A stretch of 64,000 nucleotides of DNA from an uncultured Dehalococcoidia bacterium (GCA_951812825.1 OX638324.1:2203141-2267140), one strand, 5' to 3'. Shown: positions 1-8,018, counted from the first letter of the stretch. Numbers and translations are program-made. The notes: generated from the letters alone by a model not told the origin.

Positions 1-43
1 GGACAAGTGGCGCAGCCTTTTCGACGGTCTCATAGAAAGCTGA
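1..43 (+). CDS. 3' end (partial) of an upstream thioredoxin-fold TlpA/ResA-like paralog
   Basis: Reading from nt 2 gives DKWRSLFDGLIES followed by TGA at 41-43. 8 of 13 residues are identical to the C-terminus KNWRSLLDSLIDG of the next gene. Confidence 0.35.
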   Translation, partial: DKWRSLFDGLIES

Positions 44-226
44 CCGATGACGCAAGCCTCGGACCGGTCTCAAAGGTAGCCTGACAAAGCAACTGCCGAG
101 GCTTTGATGGCTGCCTAAATTACAATTTTTTGGTACTCCTGATTTGCAAAACAACATCGCCAGGGTTGGTTGACAAGACCTTTGATTCGATGAATCCGAC
201 AGGTTGTATGGGGCGTAGATAGGTTT

Positions 227-1210
227 GTGATGTACGTGAATGCCCGCATTTTGGGTATGTTGATGCTGGCAACAGTCTTGTCGGCGGCTGTTGTCCTCGT
301 TGCTTGCGGTGGGGACGTTACAGTTGTAGACACAGACGAGACTGCCCAGCCCACGGCAGCGCCTGTCCCGACTGTAGCGCCACCGACGGCAGCCGCTCCG
401 GCACCGCCACCTGCCGCCGCCGCTACGGTAGCTCCGTCGAGGCCAACTGCGGCCCCGACAACCGCAGAAGCTACACCCGCGCCATCGACACCCACGCAAG
501 CCGCCGCGACAAGGGCTGCGCCCACGGCAGCGCCGACCCAGGCGGCAGCAGCGACGCCCGCGCCATCCACCCCGGCGGCGACGGCTGTGGCAACGCCTGC
601 ACCGGCGACGGCAACTCCCGTGCCGTCCATCGCAACTCCGCCACCAGCGCCGCAGCCCACCCCTGCAGCAGCTCCATCCCCGACGGCTGCTGCTACTCCT
701 GGCCCCACGCCCGAGCCAACGCCGGAACCGACTCCTGAGCCTACCCCCGAGCCCACACCCGAACCTACGGTGGTATCGGTGGAGGTGGGATCAAGGGTGG
801 GACAGCAGGGTCCGGACTTCTCGCTGACAACTGTGGATGGGGAACAGATTACGCTGTCCGCTTTGCGGGGCAGCCCCGTAGTTCTGTACTACTTTGCCAC
901 CTGGTGACCTGCGTGCCGCTCCGAGTTCCGGAGCCTCAAGAGCGTGTACTCAGACTATGAGAGCCAGCTGCACTTCATCGCCATCGGCACCGATGGGGGC
1001 GAGGACGCGGGTCGAATCCGGTCCTTCGCGGAGGATAACGGCTACACCTGGCCGATGATTCCCGCCGACGGCGACGTGCTGAATGGCTACAGAATAACCC
1101 GGCAGTCGACGGCGGTTGTGCTGGACTCGAACGGGATTATTCTTTCCCGTGCGGGCTACGGGAGTTCGAAGAACTGGCGCAGCCTCCTTGATTCCCTGAT
1201 AGATGGCTAG
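227..1210 (+). CDS. Lipoprotein thiol:disulfide oxidoreductase (TlpA/ResA-like thioredoxin fold) with in-frame UGA read as selenocysteine (W-U-P-A-C motif)
   Basis: ORFs 227-907 and 944-1210 are in the same frame, separated only by TGA 905-907 plus 12 sense codons. The joined sequence VVLYYFATW-U-PACRSEFRSL is collinear with the WCxxC thioredoxin-fold motif. The N-terminus has a signal peptide with lipobox LVAC, followed by a long Pro/Ala/Thr linker. Confidence 0.75.
710..769 (+). repeat. Five tandem 12-nt units encoding (PEPT)x5 inside the Pro/Ala/Thr-rich linker
   Basis: The units are ccc gag cca acg / ccg gaa ccg act / cct gag cct acc / ccc gag ccc aca / ccc gaa cct acg. The peptide is the same but synonymous codons differ. 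Confidence 0.9.
918..934 (+). promoter_or_regulatory. Candidate bacterial SECIS hairpin
   Basis: Perfect 6-bp stem GCUCCG / CGGAGC with 5-nt loop AGUUC (contains G-U). It starts 10 nt after the in-frame UGA (905-907). Confidence 0.5.
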
Positions 1211-1432
1211 AGAGGGCCAGGACCAGCAGGCAGGCCCACAAAGCAGCCCTTCACAGCGCTCCTTCGTCCCAGGGAGCTAGTCTAGCTTCTGCTGCTTCTG
1301 TACACTTGGCGCTGTCCGTCGCTGGTATGGTGATGGGCAGAACGCATCGGAGGCTGAAGCGCCCTGGCGTCGCATCCATCTGAAAAGTCGTTAGCCAACC
1401 AGGAATCGCCCGACAGGTGGCGTGCGCTTGCG

Positions 1433-2614
1433 TTGATGTCGCTGGCGACACTGTTGAGCCTGAGCGTCTGGTTCAGCGCCAATGCCATCGCACCCGCGCT
1501 GGAGGCGGAGCGGGGTTATTCCCAGGACGACCTGGCATGGCTCACCATGGCAGTGCAGCTGGGATTTGTGGTGGGGACGCTGATCATCGCCCTCACGAAC
1601 CTGGCGGACCTGATAAACACCCGGACGTTGTTTGCCGTCTGCTCCATCCTCGCGGGCGTGGTGAACGTGGCCATAGTCTTCCTCCCCCAGGACTTTGCTT
1701 ACGCGGTGTTGATGCGGGTGTTGGCAGGGGCCTTTCTTGGGGGCGTGTATCCGCCGGGAATGAAGATTATCGCCGGGTGGTTCCGGTTGGGCCGGGGACT
1801 CGCCATTGGTGCGATGGTGGGAGCGCTGACTCTGGGTTCCGGCTCTCCCCACCTGCTGAGCGCCATCTTCACCGCTGAGTGGGAAACGACGTTGTTCGTG
1901 AGCTCGACGCTGGCCATCGTGTCGGGTGGTGTGGTGTACTTCCTGGTTGCGGATGGGCCTTTCGACGTTCCAGCGCCCAGGTTCAACCCCCGATTCGTCG
2001 TCCGCGTGGTCAAGGACCGGGCATCCCGGCTGGTGCTGTTAGGCTATCTGGGGCACATGTGGGAGCTGTACGCCATGTGGGCGTGGATTCCGACGTACCT
2101 GCTGGCGGTGTTCGGGTCAGGGAGCTTGTTGGGTGACTCGCTGGGGCTGGCAGGGCTGATAGCTTTTCTGGTGTTTCTGGCGGGCGGCATAGGGAGCTTT
2201 GCCGCGGGGTGGTTTGCGGAGAGGTGGGGACGGTGTCTGGTGACCAGCGCGGCGATGCTGATGAGCGGGGGCATTGCCCTGTTCATCGGCTTTGTCGGCG
2301 TGGACTGGGGGTGGCTGATTGTAGTGCTTGCGCTGACGTGGGGAGTGTTTGTGATTGCGGACTCGGCGCAGTTCTCGACGGGGATGACGGAGCTATCCGA
2401 GGAAGCGTACCGGGGCACGGCGTTGACGTTTCAGACGGGGTTGGGGTTCCTGCTGACCATCGTGACCATTAGATTGGTGCCGTTGATGGAGGATGCTGCC
2501 GGTTGGGGTTGGGCGTTTGCGTTCCTTGCCATTGGCCCTGCGGTGGGAATCGCGGCGATGATGAAGCTTCGTGGGCTGCCGGAATCGCGTCAGATGGCGA
2601 TGGGGAAGAGGTGA
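1433..2614 (+). CDS. MFS transporter
   Basis: 393 aa, about 12 hydrophobic segments, typical MFS-like N-terminal half (LAWLTMAVQLGFVVGTL...). Confidence 0.75.
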   Translation: MMSLATLLSLSVWFSANAIAPALEAERGYSQDDLAWLTMAVQLGFVVGTLIIALTNLADLINTRTLFAVCSILAGVVNVAIVFLPQDFAYAVLMRVLAGAFLGGVYPPGMKIIAGWFRLGRGLAIGAMVGALTLGSGSPHLLSAIFTAEWETTLFVSSTLAIVSGGVVYFLVADGPFDVPAPRFNPRFVVRVVKDRASRLVLLGYLGHMWELYAMWAWIPTYLLAVFGSGSLLGDSLGLAGLIAFLVFLAGGIGSFAAGWFAERWGRCLVTSAAMLMSGGIALFIGFVGVDWGWLIVVLALTWGVFVIADSAQFSTGMTELSEEAYRGTALTFQTGLGFLLTIVTIRLVPLMEDAAGWGWAFAFLAIGPAVGIAAMMKLRGLPESRQMAMGKR

Positions 2615-2628
2615 GGGGGCGGCGTAAG

Positions 2629-2898
2629 TTAGGAGGTGGGCTTCGCCGCAGCATTGAGCCGAGCCAGGGCTTTTTCGTAATTGGCCTGCCGACGCATCCA
2701 GAAATCTGCGGTTGACCAACCGATGCGCTCCAATGCATGAGCCACGGAGGGGGTTATTCCACAATCCCCTTTCAACAGCCGTGAAGCCGCGCCGGGGGTA
2801 ACTCCAAGCTCAGCGGCGAAACGCTCCGCGCTCCAACCTTCTGACTCAAGGCTTCGTCGGAGGCTCACCGAAGGATGTGATGGGTTGCGTAAAGTCAT
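2629..2898 (-). CDS. higA: HigA-family antitoxin (XRE-type HTH, VapI/COG3093-like)
   Basis: 89 aa. The HTH segment SAERFAAELGVTPGAASRLLKGDCGITPSVAHALERIGWSTADFWMRRQ is typical of HigA. It lies directly downstream of higB. Confidence 0.8.
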   Translation of the reverse strand: MTLRNPSHPSVSLRRSLESEGWSAERFAAELGVTPGAASRLLKGDCGITPSVAHALERIGWSTADFWMRRQANYEKALARLNAAAKPTS

Positions 2899-2906
2899 GG
2901 CTCCTC

Positions 2907-3179
2907 CTAGTGGTAGTCTTCCAAGTTAACGTCTATGGCTTCGTTGCCCTCGAAGCGAAAGGTTAACCGCCAATTTGCGGACACTCGGACACTCCACGTT
3001 CCGCGCCGGTTTCCAGCAAGTTGGTGCAACCGCAAACCAGGAAGGTTCATGTTCGCTGGTTGTTGGGCTGCATCCAGGTCGTCCAACAAGTCAGAGATGC
3101 GGTCCAACATGTCCGGCGGCAGCCGACGTGCATCGTTATGTTCCCAGAACCGTCTCAGTGCGTTGCTTGTGAATCGCAC
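2907..3179 (-). CDS. higB: HigB-family toxin (plasmid maintenance system killer, RelE/ParE superfamily)
   Basis: 90 aa with the motif LHQLAGNRRGTWSVRVSANWRLTFRFEGNEAIDVNLEDYH, matching the HigB/COG3549 C-terminal signature (..W.I.V..NWR..F.F......Y.DYH). The GTG start overlaps the prfB stop. Confidence 0.8.
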   Translation of the reverse strand: MRFTSNALRRFWEHNDARRLPPDMLDRISDLLDDLDAAQQPANMNLPGLRLHQLAGNRRGTWSVRVSANWRLTFRFEGNEAIDVNLEDYH

Positions 3180-4303
3180 TACTTGTCCATTGTACCATGC
3201 GGCGTCGTATCATCTTTCCCGACGGTGGCAAGGAGGTAGGCTTTCAGGAAGCCGTCAATGTCGCCGTCGAGGACTGAGTTGGCGTCGGACACCTGGTGCT
3301 GGCTGCGGTGGTCTTTGACCATCCGGTAGGGGTGGAGGACGTAGCTTCTTATCTGGCTTCCCCATTCGGCGGAGATTCTTTCGCCGCGAAGCTCCGCCAT
3401 CTCTTTGGCGCGCTCTTCCAGCCGCAGCTGGAGCAGGTGGGCCTTCAGCAGGGTGGTGGCGTACTCCCGGTTCTGGTGCTGGGAGCGCTCCGTCTGGCAG
3501 GAAACGACGAGGCCGGTGGGCAGGTGGGTAAGGCGGACGGCGGAGGCGACTTTCTGGACGTTCTGCCCGCCGGGCCCGCTGGAGCGGAAGAAGTCGATTT
3601 TGAGGTCTTCGGGGCGGATTTCGACTTCGGAGTCCTCCTCGTCAGCGGTGGGCAAGACGACAACCTGGGCGAAGGAGGTGTGGCGGAGGTGATCGCTGTT
3701 GAAGGGGGAGAGGCGGACCAGCCGGTGCACGCCCTTTTCCGCCTTGAGGTAGCCGAAAGCGAGAGGGCCGGAAATCTCGACCGCCGCGCTCTTGATTCCA
3801 CCCCAATCGCCATCGGAGAGGTCCAGCAGTTGGGTCTTGTAGCCGTGGCGCTCGGCCCAGCGGAGGTACATGCGCAGGAGCATCTGGCTCCAGTCCTGGG
3901 AGTCGACGCCGCCCGCGCCGGGCTGGATGGAAAGAATGGCGGGTCGGCGGTCGTAGGGGCCGGAGAGGGTGAGCTCCATCTCCTTCTCCTGCAGGTCAGC
4001 GAAGAAGGAGTCGGATTCCTCGGCCAGCTGCTGGGCAAGGGAGTCGTCGTCCTCCTCCAGGGACATCTCCACCAGTTCCAGTAGGGAAGAGCCCTGCTCG
4101 CGCAGGTCCTTCCACGTCCGCACGGTGTCCTTGAGGTGGGTAAGTCGCCGCATCTGCGACTGGGCCTTGTTGGGGTCCTGCCAGAAGTCCGTGTTGTAGG
4201 ACTCCTTTTCTATGCGCGCAATCTCGGCTTCCTTGGAGGGGACGTCAAAGATGCTCCAGCACCTGGTCGACCTTACGGGTCATCTCCTGGAGCTTATGTC
4301 TTA
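3179..4303 (-). CDS. prfB: Peptide chain release factor 2, requires programmed +1 frameshift
   Basis: ORF0 runs from GTG 4303 (RBS GGAG upstream) and reads MQELRHKLQEMTRKVDQVLEHL, ending at CUU UGA C (4250-4244). Frame +1 continues DVPSKEAEIARIEKESYNTDFWQDPNKAQSQMRRL... into the 324-aa ORF, which contains GGQ (SSGPGGQNVQK). Confidence 0.9.
4244..4257 (-). promoter_or_regulatory. RF2 autoregulatory +1 frameshift site
   Basis: The minus strand reads GGAG CAU CUU UGA C: an SD-like GGAG 3 nt upstream of the slippery CUU followed by in-frame UGA C, as in E. coli prfB. Confidence 0.85.
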
Positions 4304-4354
4304 ACTCTTGCACTTGCGCTTCTCCAAAGTTTGCCGATGGGGTTTCTAGGGAAT

Positions 4355-5056
4355 TTAGCCGGCCGACGCGCCATTGGGCGAAGGTGGGGCCAGGCGTCCG
4401 GCGGCGGCCTGGTGGGCCAGGCGGGTGGGTTCCGGCAATCGATAGCCGCGACAGCAGGAAAGGACCCACCGGACGGCGGTATCCAGGTCAATCTTGTGGC
4501 CAACGGACACGTACACCGGGGAGACGTTGGTGCGGGTGCGGAGGGCCGTGCCCAGGTGGTCCTGGCGGTCCATGAGGGGGGCCTGGGCTCCCCGGTGTTC
4601 TTCCAGGGGATCGTGCTTGCCGGTGAGGATGGACTTGCCGCAGCCGATGGAGGGGAGGTCCATGAGCAGGCCCAGATGGCTGGCGATGCCGAATCTACGG
4701 GGGTGGGCTATGCCCTGTCCGTCGACCATGATGAGGTCGGGGGTGGTGTCCAGGGTCTCCAGAGCTTTGACGAGGACGGGGACTTCCCGGAAGGAGAGGA
4801 GGCCGGGGACGTACTTCATGGGAGGCACGGCCTGAACGGTGCGGATTTCGCGGATGGTGAAGGTGGGGACATCTAGGACGACGACAGCGCCGGTGGCGAA
4901 ACCCTTCCGGTTGATGCCGGAGATGTCGACGCCTGCAATGAGGCGGGCGCCTATGGGGACTTCGTTCTCTCTCAGGACCTGTTGGGACAGCTGCTGCTGG
5001 ATGCTACGAGCTTCCTGGGGGGTAACGTTCCATGGGTGCAATTCTTTCAATTCCAT
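4355..5056 (-). CDS. nfi: Endonuclease V
   Basis: 233 aa with IAGVDIS...VPGLLSFREVP...DGQGIAHPRRFGIASHLGL...PSIGCGKS, hallmarks of the endonuclease V family. Confidence 0.9.
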   Translation of the reverse strand: MELKELHPWNVTPQEARSIQQQLSQQVLRENEVPIGARLIAGVDISGINRKGFATGAVVVLDVPTFTIREIRTVQAVPPMKYVPGLLSFREVPVLVKALETLDTTPDLIMVDGQGIAHPRRFGIASHLGLLMDLPSIGCGKSILTGKHDPLEEHRGAQAPLMDRQDHLGTALRTRTNVSPVYVSVGHKIDLDTAVRWVLSCCRGYRLPEPTRLAHQAAAGRLAPPSPNGASAG

Positions 5057-5096
5057 GGAGTGATTATAACATTTGAGGGCCGCAGCTGGAATTGGC

Positions 5097-5115
5097 GGCG
5101 GTCATAGGCGGTCAT
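5097..5115. repeat. Direct repeat GGCGGTCAT-A-GGCGGTCAT (10-bp period) in the nfi/tauE divergent intergenic region
   Basis: Read directly. It is flanked by the inverted repeat TTGGCGGC (5092-5099) / GCCGCCAA (5124-5131). Confidence 0.8.
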
Positions 5116-5163
5116 GTATAGTAGCCGCCAATCCCGCCTGAAGGACAAGGGGGACGGCGCAGA

Positions 5164-6030
5164 TTGGGTGAACTGACTTTACTGGCGGCTTTGGGTTTGG
5201 TGGCGCTGGGCTTTTGCGCCAGCGGCTACGGGGTGCTCATCGGCTCCGGCGGGGGCTTCATCGTCGCGCCGCTGCTCATCATCCTGTTTGGCATGGACCA
5301 CAACGTGGCGGTGGGGACCAGCCTGTTCACGGTGGCGCTGGCTTCCATCTCCGGGTCCGTTTCGTACCTGTACCTGAAGCGGGTGGACTTACGGTCGGCG
5401 CTGTTGTTCAGCATGGCCGCCATTCCCGGGGCTCTGCTGGGGATTCTGGGACTGAAGGCCGTGACGGAAGGGCCCTTCGAGATCATATTCGGATCCTTCC
5501 TGAGCCTGTTGGGCCTCTACGTTATGCTTCGTCCGGAATACAAGGTGAAGCCTCCACAGCCGGGAGAGATGAGGGGCATCAGGAGACCGGCCCGGGCCCG
5601 GGCCTTCGGCTCCACCATCCGGCGGATCAAGACGTCGGATCAGGGAACATTCCGTTATCTGTACAATGAGCCGGGAGCGGTGGCAACCAACGGGCTGTTC
5701 GGGTTTCTGTCCAGCTTCTTTGGCATGGGGGGCGGGCCGGTGAGGACGCCTATGTTGGTGTATCTGTTCCGCTTCCCGGTCATCATCGCCACGGCCACGT
5801 CGGTATTCACGCAGGCAATCTACACCAGTATCGGAACGGTGGCGCACGTGATAGACGGCAACGTGGACATATGGAGCGCACTGCTGATAGGGGTGGGGGT
5901 GGTTACAGGGGCGCAGATGGGGGTGTATGTTTCGCGGTTCTTCCAGGGTGGCTGGATACTGAAGCTGCTTTCGCTGGCGCTGCTGGCAATCGGCATTCAG
6001 CTAATTATGAAGGGTCTGGAGGTAGTGTGA
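5164..6030 (+). CDS. TauE/SafE family sulfite/anion exporter membrane protein
   Basis: 288 aa, two-fold repeated 4-TM architecture, GxGGG motifs (GSGGGFIVAPLL, GMGGGPVRTPML). Confidence 0.75.
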   Translation: MGELTLLAALGLVALGFCASGYGVLIGSGGGFIVAPLLIILFGMDHNVAVGTSLFTVALASISGSVSYLYLKRVDLRSALLFSMAAIPGALLGILGLKAVTEGPFEIIFGSFLSLLGLYVMLRPEYKVKPPQPGEMRGIRRPARARAFGSTIRRIKTSDQGTFRYLYNEPGAVATNGLFGFLSSFFGMGGGPVRTPMLVYLFRFPVIIATATSVFTQAIYTSIGTVAHVIDGNVDIWSALLIGVGVVTGAQMGVYVSRFFQGGWILKLLSLALLAIGIQLIMKGLEVV

Positions 6031-7199
6031 CGGCGTCGGGATTTTCTCTTGTCCTCAATGCCACCGACGGTGGTGCGCGCGCAGGCGTCATTGAATCGCC
6101 CCACGGTGCCGTGGACACGCCGGCGTTTATGCCCGTGGCGACTCAGGGAAGCGTGAAGGGGGTGACGCCGCAGGAGCTTCAGGAGTTGGGGGCGGGTATC
6201 GTCCTCGGGAACACCTACCATCTGTATCTGAGGCCGGGCATCGAGGTCATAGAGGAGATGGGTGGTCTGCATGAGTTCATGGGGTGGAAGGGACCGATTC
6301 TGACGGATAGCGGCGGGTTTCAGGCGTTCAGCCTGCGGGCGATGGCGAAGTTGTCAGATGATGCGGTGGTCTTTCGGTCCCACTTAGACGGGAGCCTGCA
6401 CCGGTTTACGCCGGAGTCGGCGGTGGCCTACCAGGAGCGGTTGGGGGTGGATGTGATGATGTGTCTGGACCAGTGCGTGGCCGCCGACGGGTCGGAGGAA
6501 GCTGTTCGGGAGGCCATGGAGCGGACGCACCGGTGGGCGGCTCGGTGTCGAGACGCGTGGAAGAGCAGTCGACAAGCGCTGTTCGGGATTGTGCAGGGCG
6601 GCGTCTCGGAGGAGATGCGGCGGGAGTCGGCGGAGTTCATCACCGGGCTGGACTTTCCCGGCTATGCCGTGGGCGGCCTGGCGGTGGGCGAGACCAAGGC
6701 GGAGATGTACGAAATGGTGTCTTTTACGGGAGAGTTGCTGCCTGTAGACAGACCGCGTTACCTGATGGGCGTAGGGTCGCCGGAGGACCTGGTGGAAGGT
6801 GTGTCGAGAGGGATGGACATGTTTGACTGCGCGCTGCCGACGAGGGTGGCGCGGAACGGGGCGCTGTTAACGCCGGAAGGGAGGATAAACGTGGTTGCGG
6901 CTCGCTACAGTAGGGTGAAGGGGCCGGTACAGGAGGGGTGCGACTGCCTGGCGTGCGTCGGGTTCTCAATGGGGTACATCAGCCACCTGTTCAGGGCGAA
7001 GGAACTGCTGGGTCTGCGGTTGGCGTCCATCCACAACCTGCGGTTCGTGCAGCGGCTGATGGAGGAGATGCGGTGTCGGATTGTGTCGGGGGACTTCGAT
7101 GACTTCGCCGAGGACTTCCTGGGGCGATACCGTCCCACGGACGAAGCGGCGCGGATGGCGCAGAAGCGACGGTGGATGCGGGAGAGGGTTGGGGGTTAG
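6027..7199 (+). CDS. tgt: Queuine tRNA-ribosyltransferase (tRNA-guanine transglycosylase)
   Basis: DGGARAGVIESPHGAVDTPAFMPVATQGSVKG, LGNTYHL, TDSGGFQ and the Zn site CDCLAC...H. The GTG start at 6027 follows GGAGG (6018-6022). The upstream extension to 5871 overlaps tauE and is rejected. Confidence 0.9.
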   Translation: MTASGFSLVLNATDGGARAGVIESPHGAVDTPAFMPVATQGSVKGVTPQELQELGAGIVLGNTYHLYLRPGIEVIEEMGGLHEFMGWKGPILTDSGGFQAFSLRAMAKLSDDAVVFRSHLDGSLHRFTPESAVAYQERLGVDVMMCLDQCVAADGSEEAVREAMERTHRWAARCRDAWKSSRQALFGIVQGGVSEEMRRESAEFITGLDFPGYAVGGLAVGETKAEMYEMVSFTGELLPVDRPRYLMGVGSPEDLVEGVSRGMDMFDCALPTRVARNGALLTPEGRINVVAARYSRVKGPVQEGCDCLACVGFSMGYISHLFRAKELLGLRLASIHNLRFVQRLMEEMRCRIVSGDFDDFAEDFLGRYRPTDEAARMAQKRRWMRERVGG

Positions 7200-7268
7200 G
7201 GTGGATTGAGGAGGGTTTGGCGACAAGGTATATTTGAGGAATGGGGTAGTGGGGAAGGGGCAAAGTTA

Positions 7269-7610
7269 ATGAAAGAGGTTGGGCTGTCGTTGTCGGACAA
7301 GGCGCGAAGCGACCTCGCTGAAATCGTTATGCGAATCGTAGACACGGCGGAACCGGAAAGGGTTATTCTCTTTGGTTCCACGGCCCGCGGCGAGGCGGGT
7401 CCGCACAGCGATATGGACTTTCTCATTATCAAATCGACGTCTAACGAGTGGGAGTTGGGTGCCAGCATTCGCCGTGCGCTCTATGGCGTCAAAGCCGCCG
7501 TTGATCTGGTGGTGGCGAGCCCTGAAGACATTGAGAGATACAAGGACAGCCACGCTCTGGTAATTAAACCCGCCCTTAAAGATGGAATTGTAGTGTATGA
7601 CGCTGCCTGA
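7269..7610 (+). CDS. Nucleotidyltransferase-domain protein (MNT-type antitoxin of HEPN-MNT pair)
   Basis: Polymerase-beta-like NTase motif ILFGSTARGEAGPHSDMDFLI. Its 3' end overlaps the HEPN gene by 14 nt. Confidence 0.75.
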   Translation: MKEVGLSLSDKARSDLAEIVMRIVDTAEPERVILFGSTARGEAGPHSDMDFLIIKSTSNEWELGASIRRALYGVKAAVDLVVASPEDIERYKDSHALVIKPALKDGIVVYDAA

Positions 7611-8016
7611 ACGCTTTCCGCCTGACGATCCCCGGGAGTGGATTAACCGTGCCAGAAGGGATCTGGCAATGGCGAAAAACCGCATTGCCGGGGCTTACTT
7701 GGAAGGACATTGCTTTCATGCCCAGCAAGCAGCGGAGAAGGCGGTAAATTCGGTGATGATTTTGCGCGGGATTGACTTCCCGTACATTCATGACCTGAGT
7801 CGCCTGTTGTCCATGCTTGAATCGTTCGGGGAGAAGCGGACTGAACAGGTCCGTCAGGCTGACGCATTAACTGAATATGCTGGCGTCTTTCGATATCCAG
7901 TATTTGATGAACCGGTGTCTGAGCAGGCCTACAAGGATGCTGTGGCTATTGCCGAGGCGGTGGTTGTTTGGGCGGAGGATCGAATAGGATACAGCGCAAT
8001 TGGAAGCGGGCCTTAA
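7597..8016 (+). CDS. HEPN-domain protein (toxin of HEPN-MNT pair)
   Basis: 139 aa, helical, with the pattern WINRARRDLAMA...HAQQAAEKA...H typical of the HEPN domain. It is paired with the upstream NTase. Confidence 0.7.
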   Translation: MTLPERFPPDDPREWINRARRDLAMAKNRIAGAYLEGHCFHAQQAAEKAVNSVMILRGIDFPYIHDLSRLLSMLESFGEKRTEQVRQADALTEYAGVFRYPVFDEPVSEQAYKDAVAIAEAVVVWAEDRIGYSAIGSGP

Positions 8017-8018
8017 TC

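Noticed and set aside
115-756. 213-aa minus-strand ORF rich in Gly/Ala/Val
   Set aside because: It is the antisense shadow of the Pro/Ala/Thr-rich linker of the lipoprotein gene. It is low complexity, has no RBS, and overlaps a well-supported plus-strand CDS.
905-907. Alternative reading of the in-frame TGA as a pseudogene or as the boundary of two separate genes
   Set aside because: Not fully excluded. It is less likely because the frame stays open, the downstream part has no RBS or plausible independent start, and the TGA aligns exactly with the catalytic Cys. A hairpin also sits at SECIS distance. It is kept as the would-refute condition of the finding.
5871-6026. N-terminal extension of tgt (ORF track start 5871)
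   Set aside because: It overlaps the tauE CDS in another frame. Homology to Tgt begins at the GTG at 6027, which has a GGAGG RBS.
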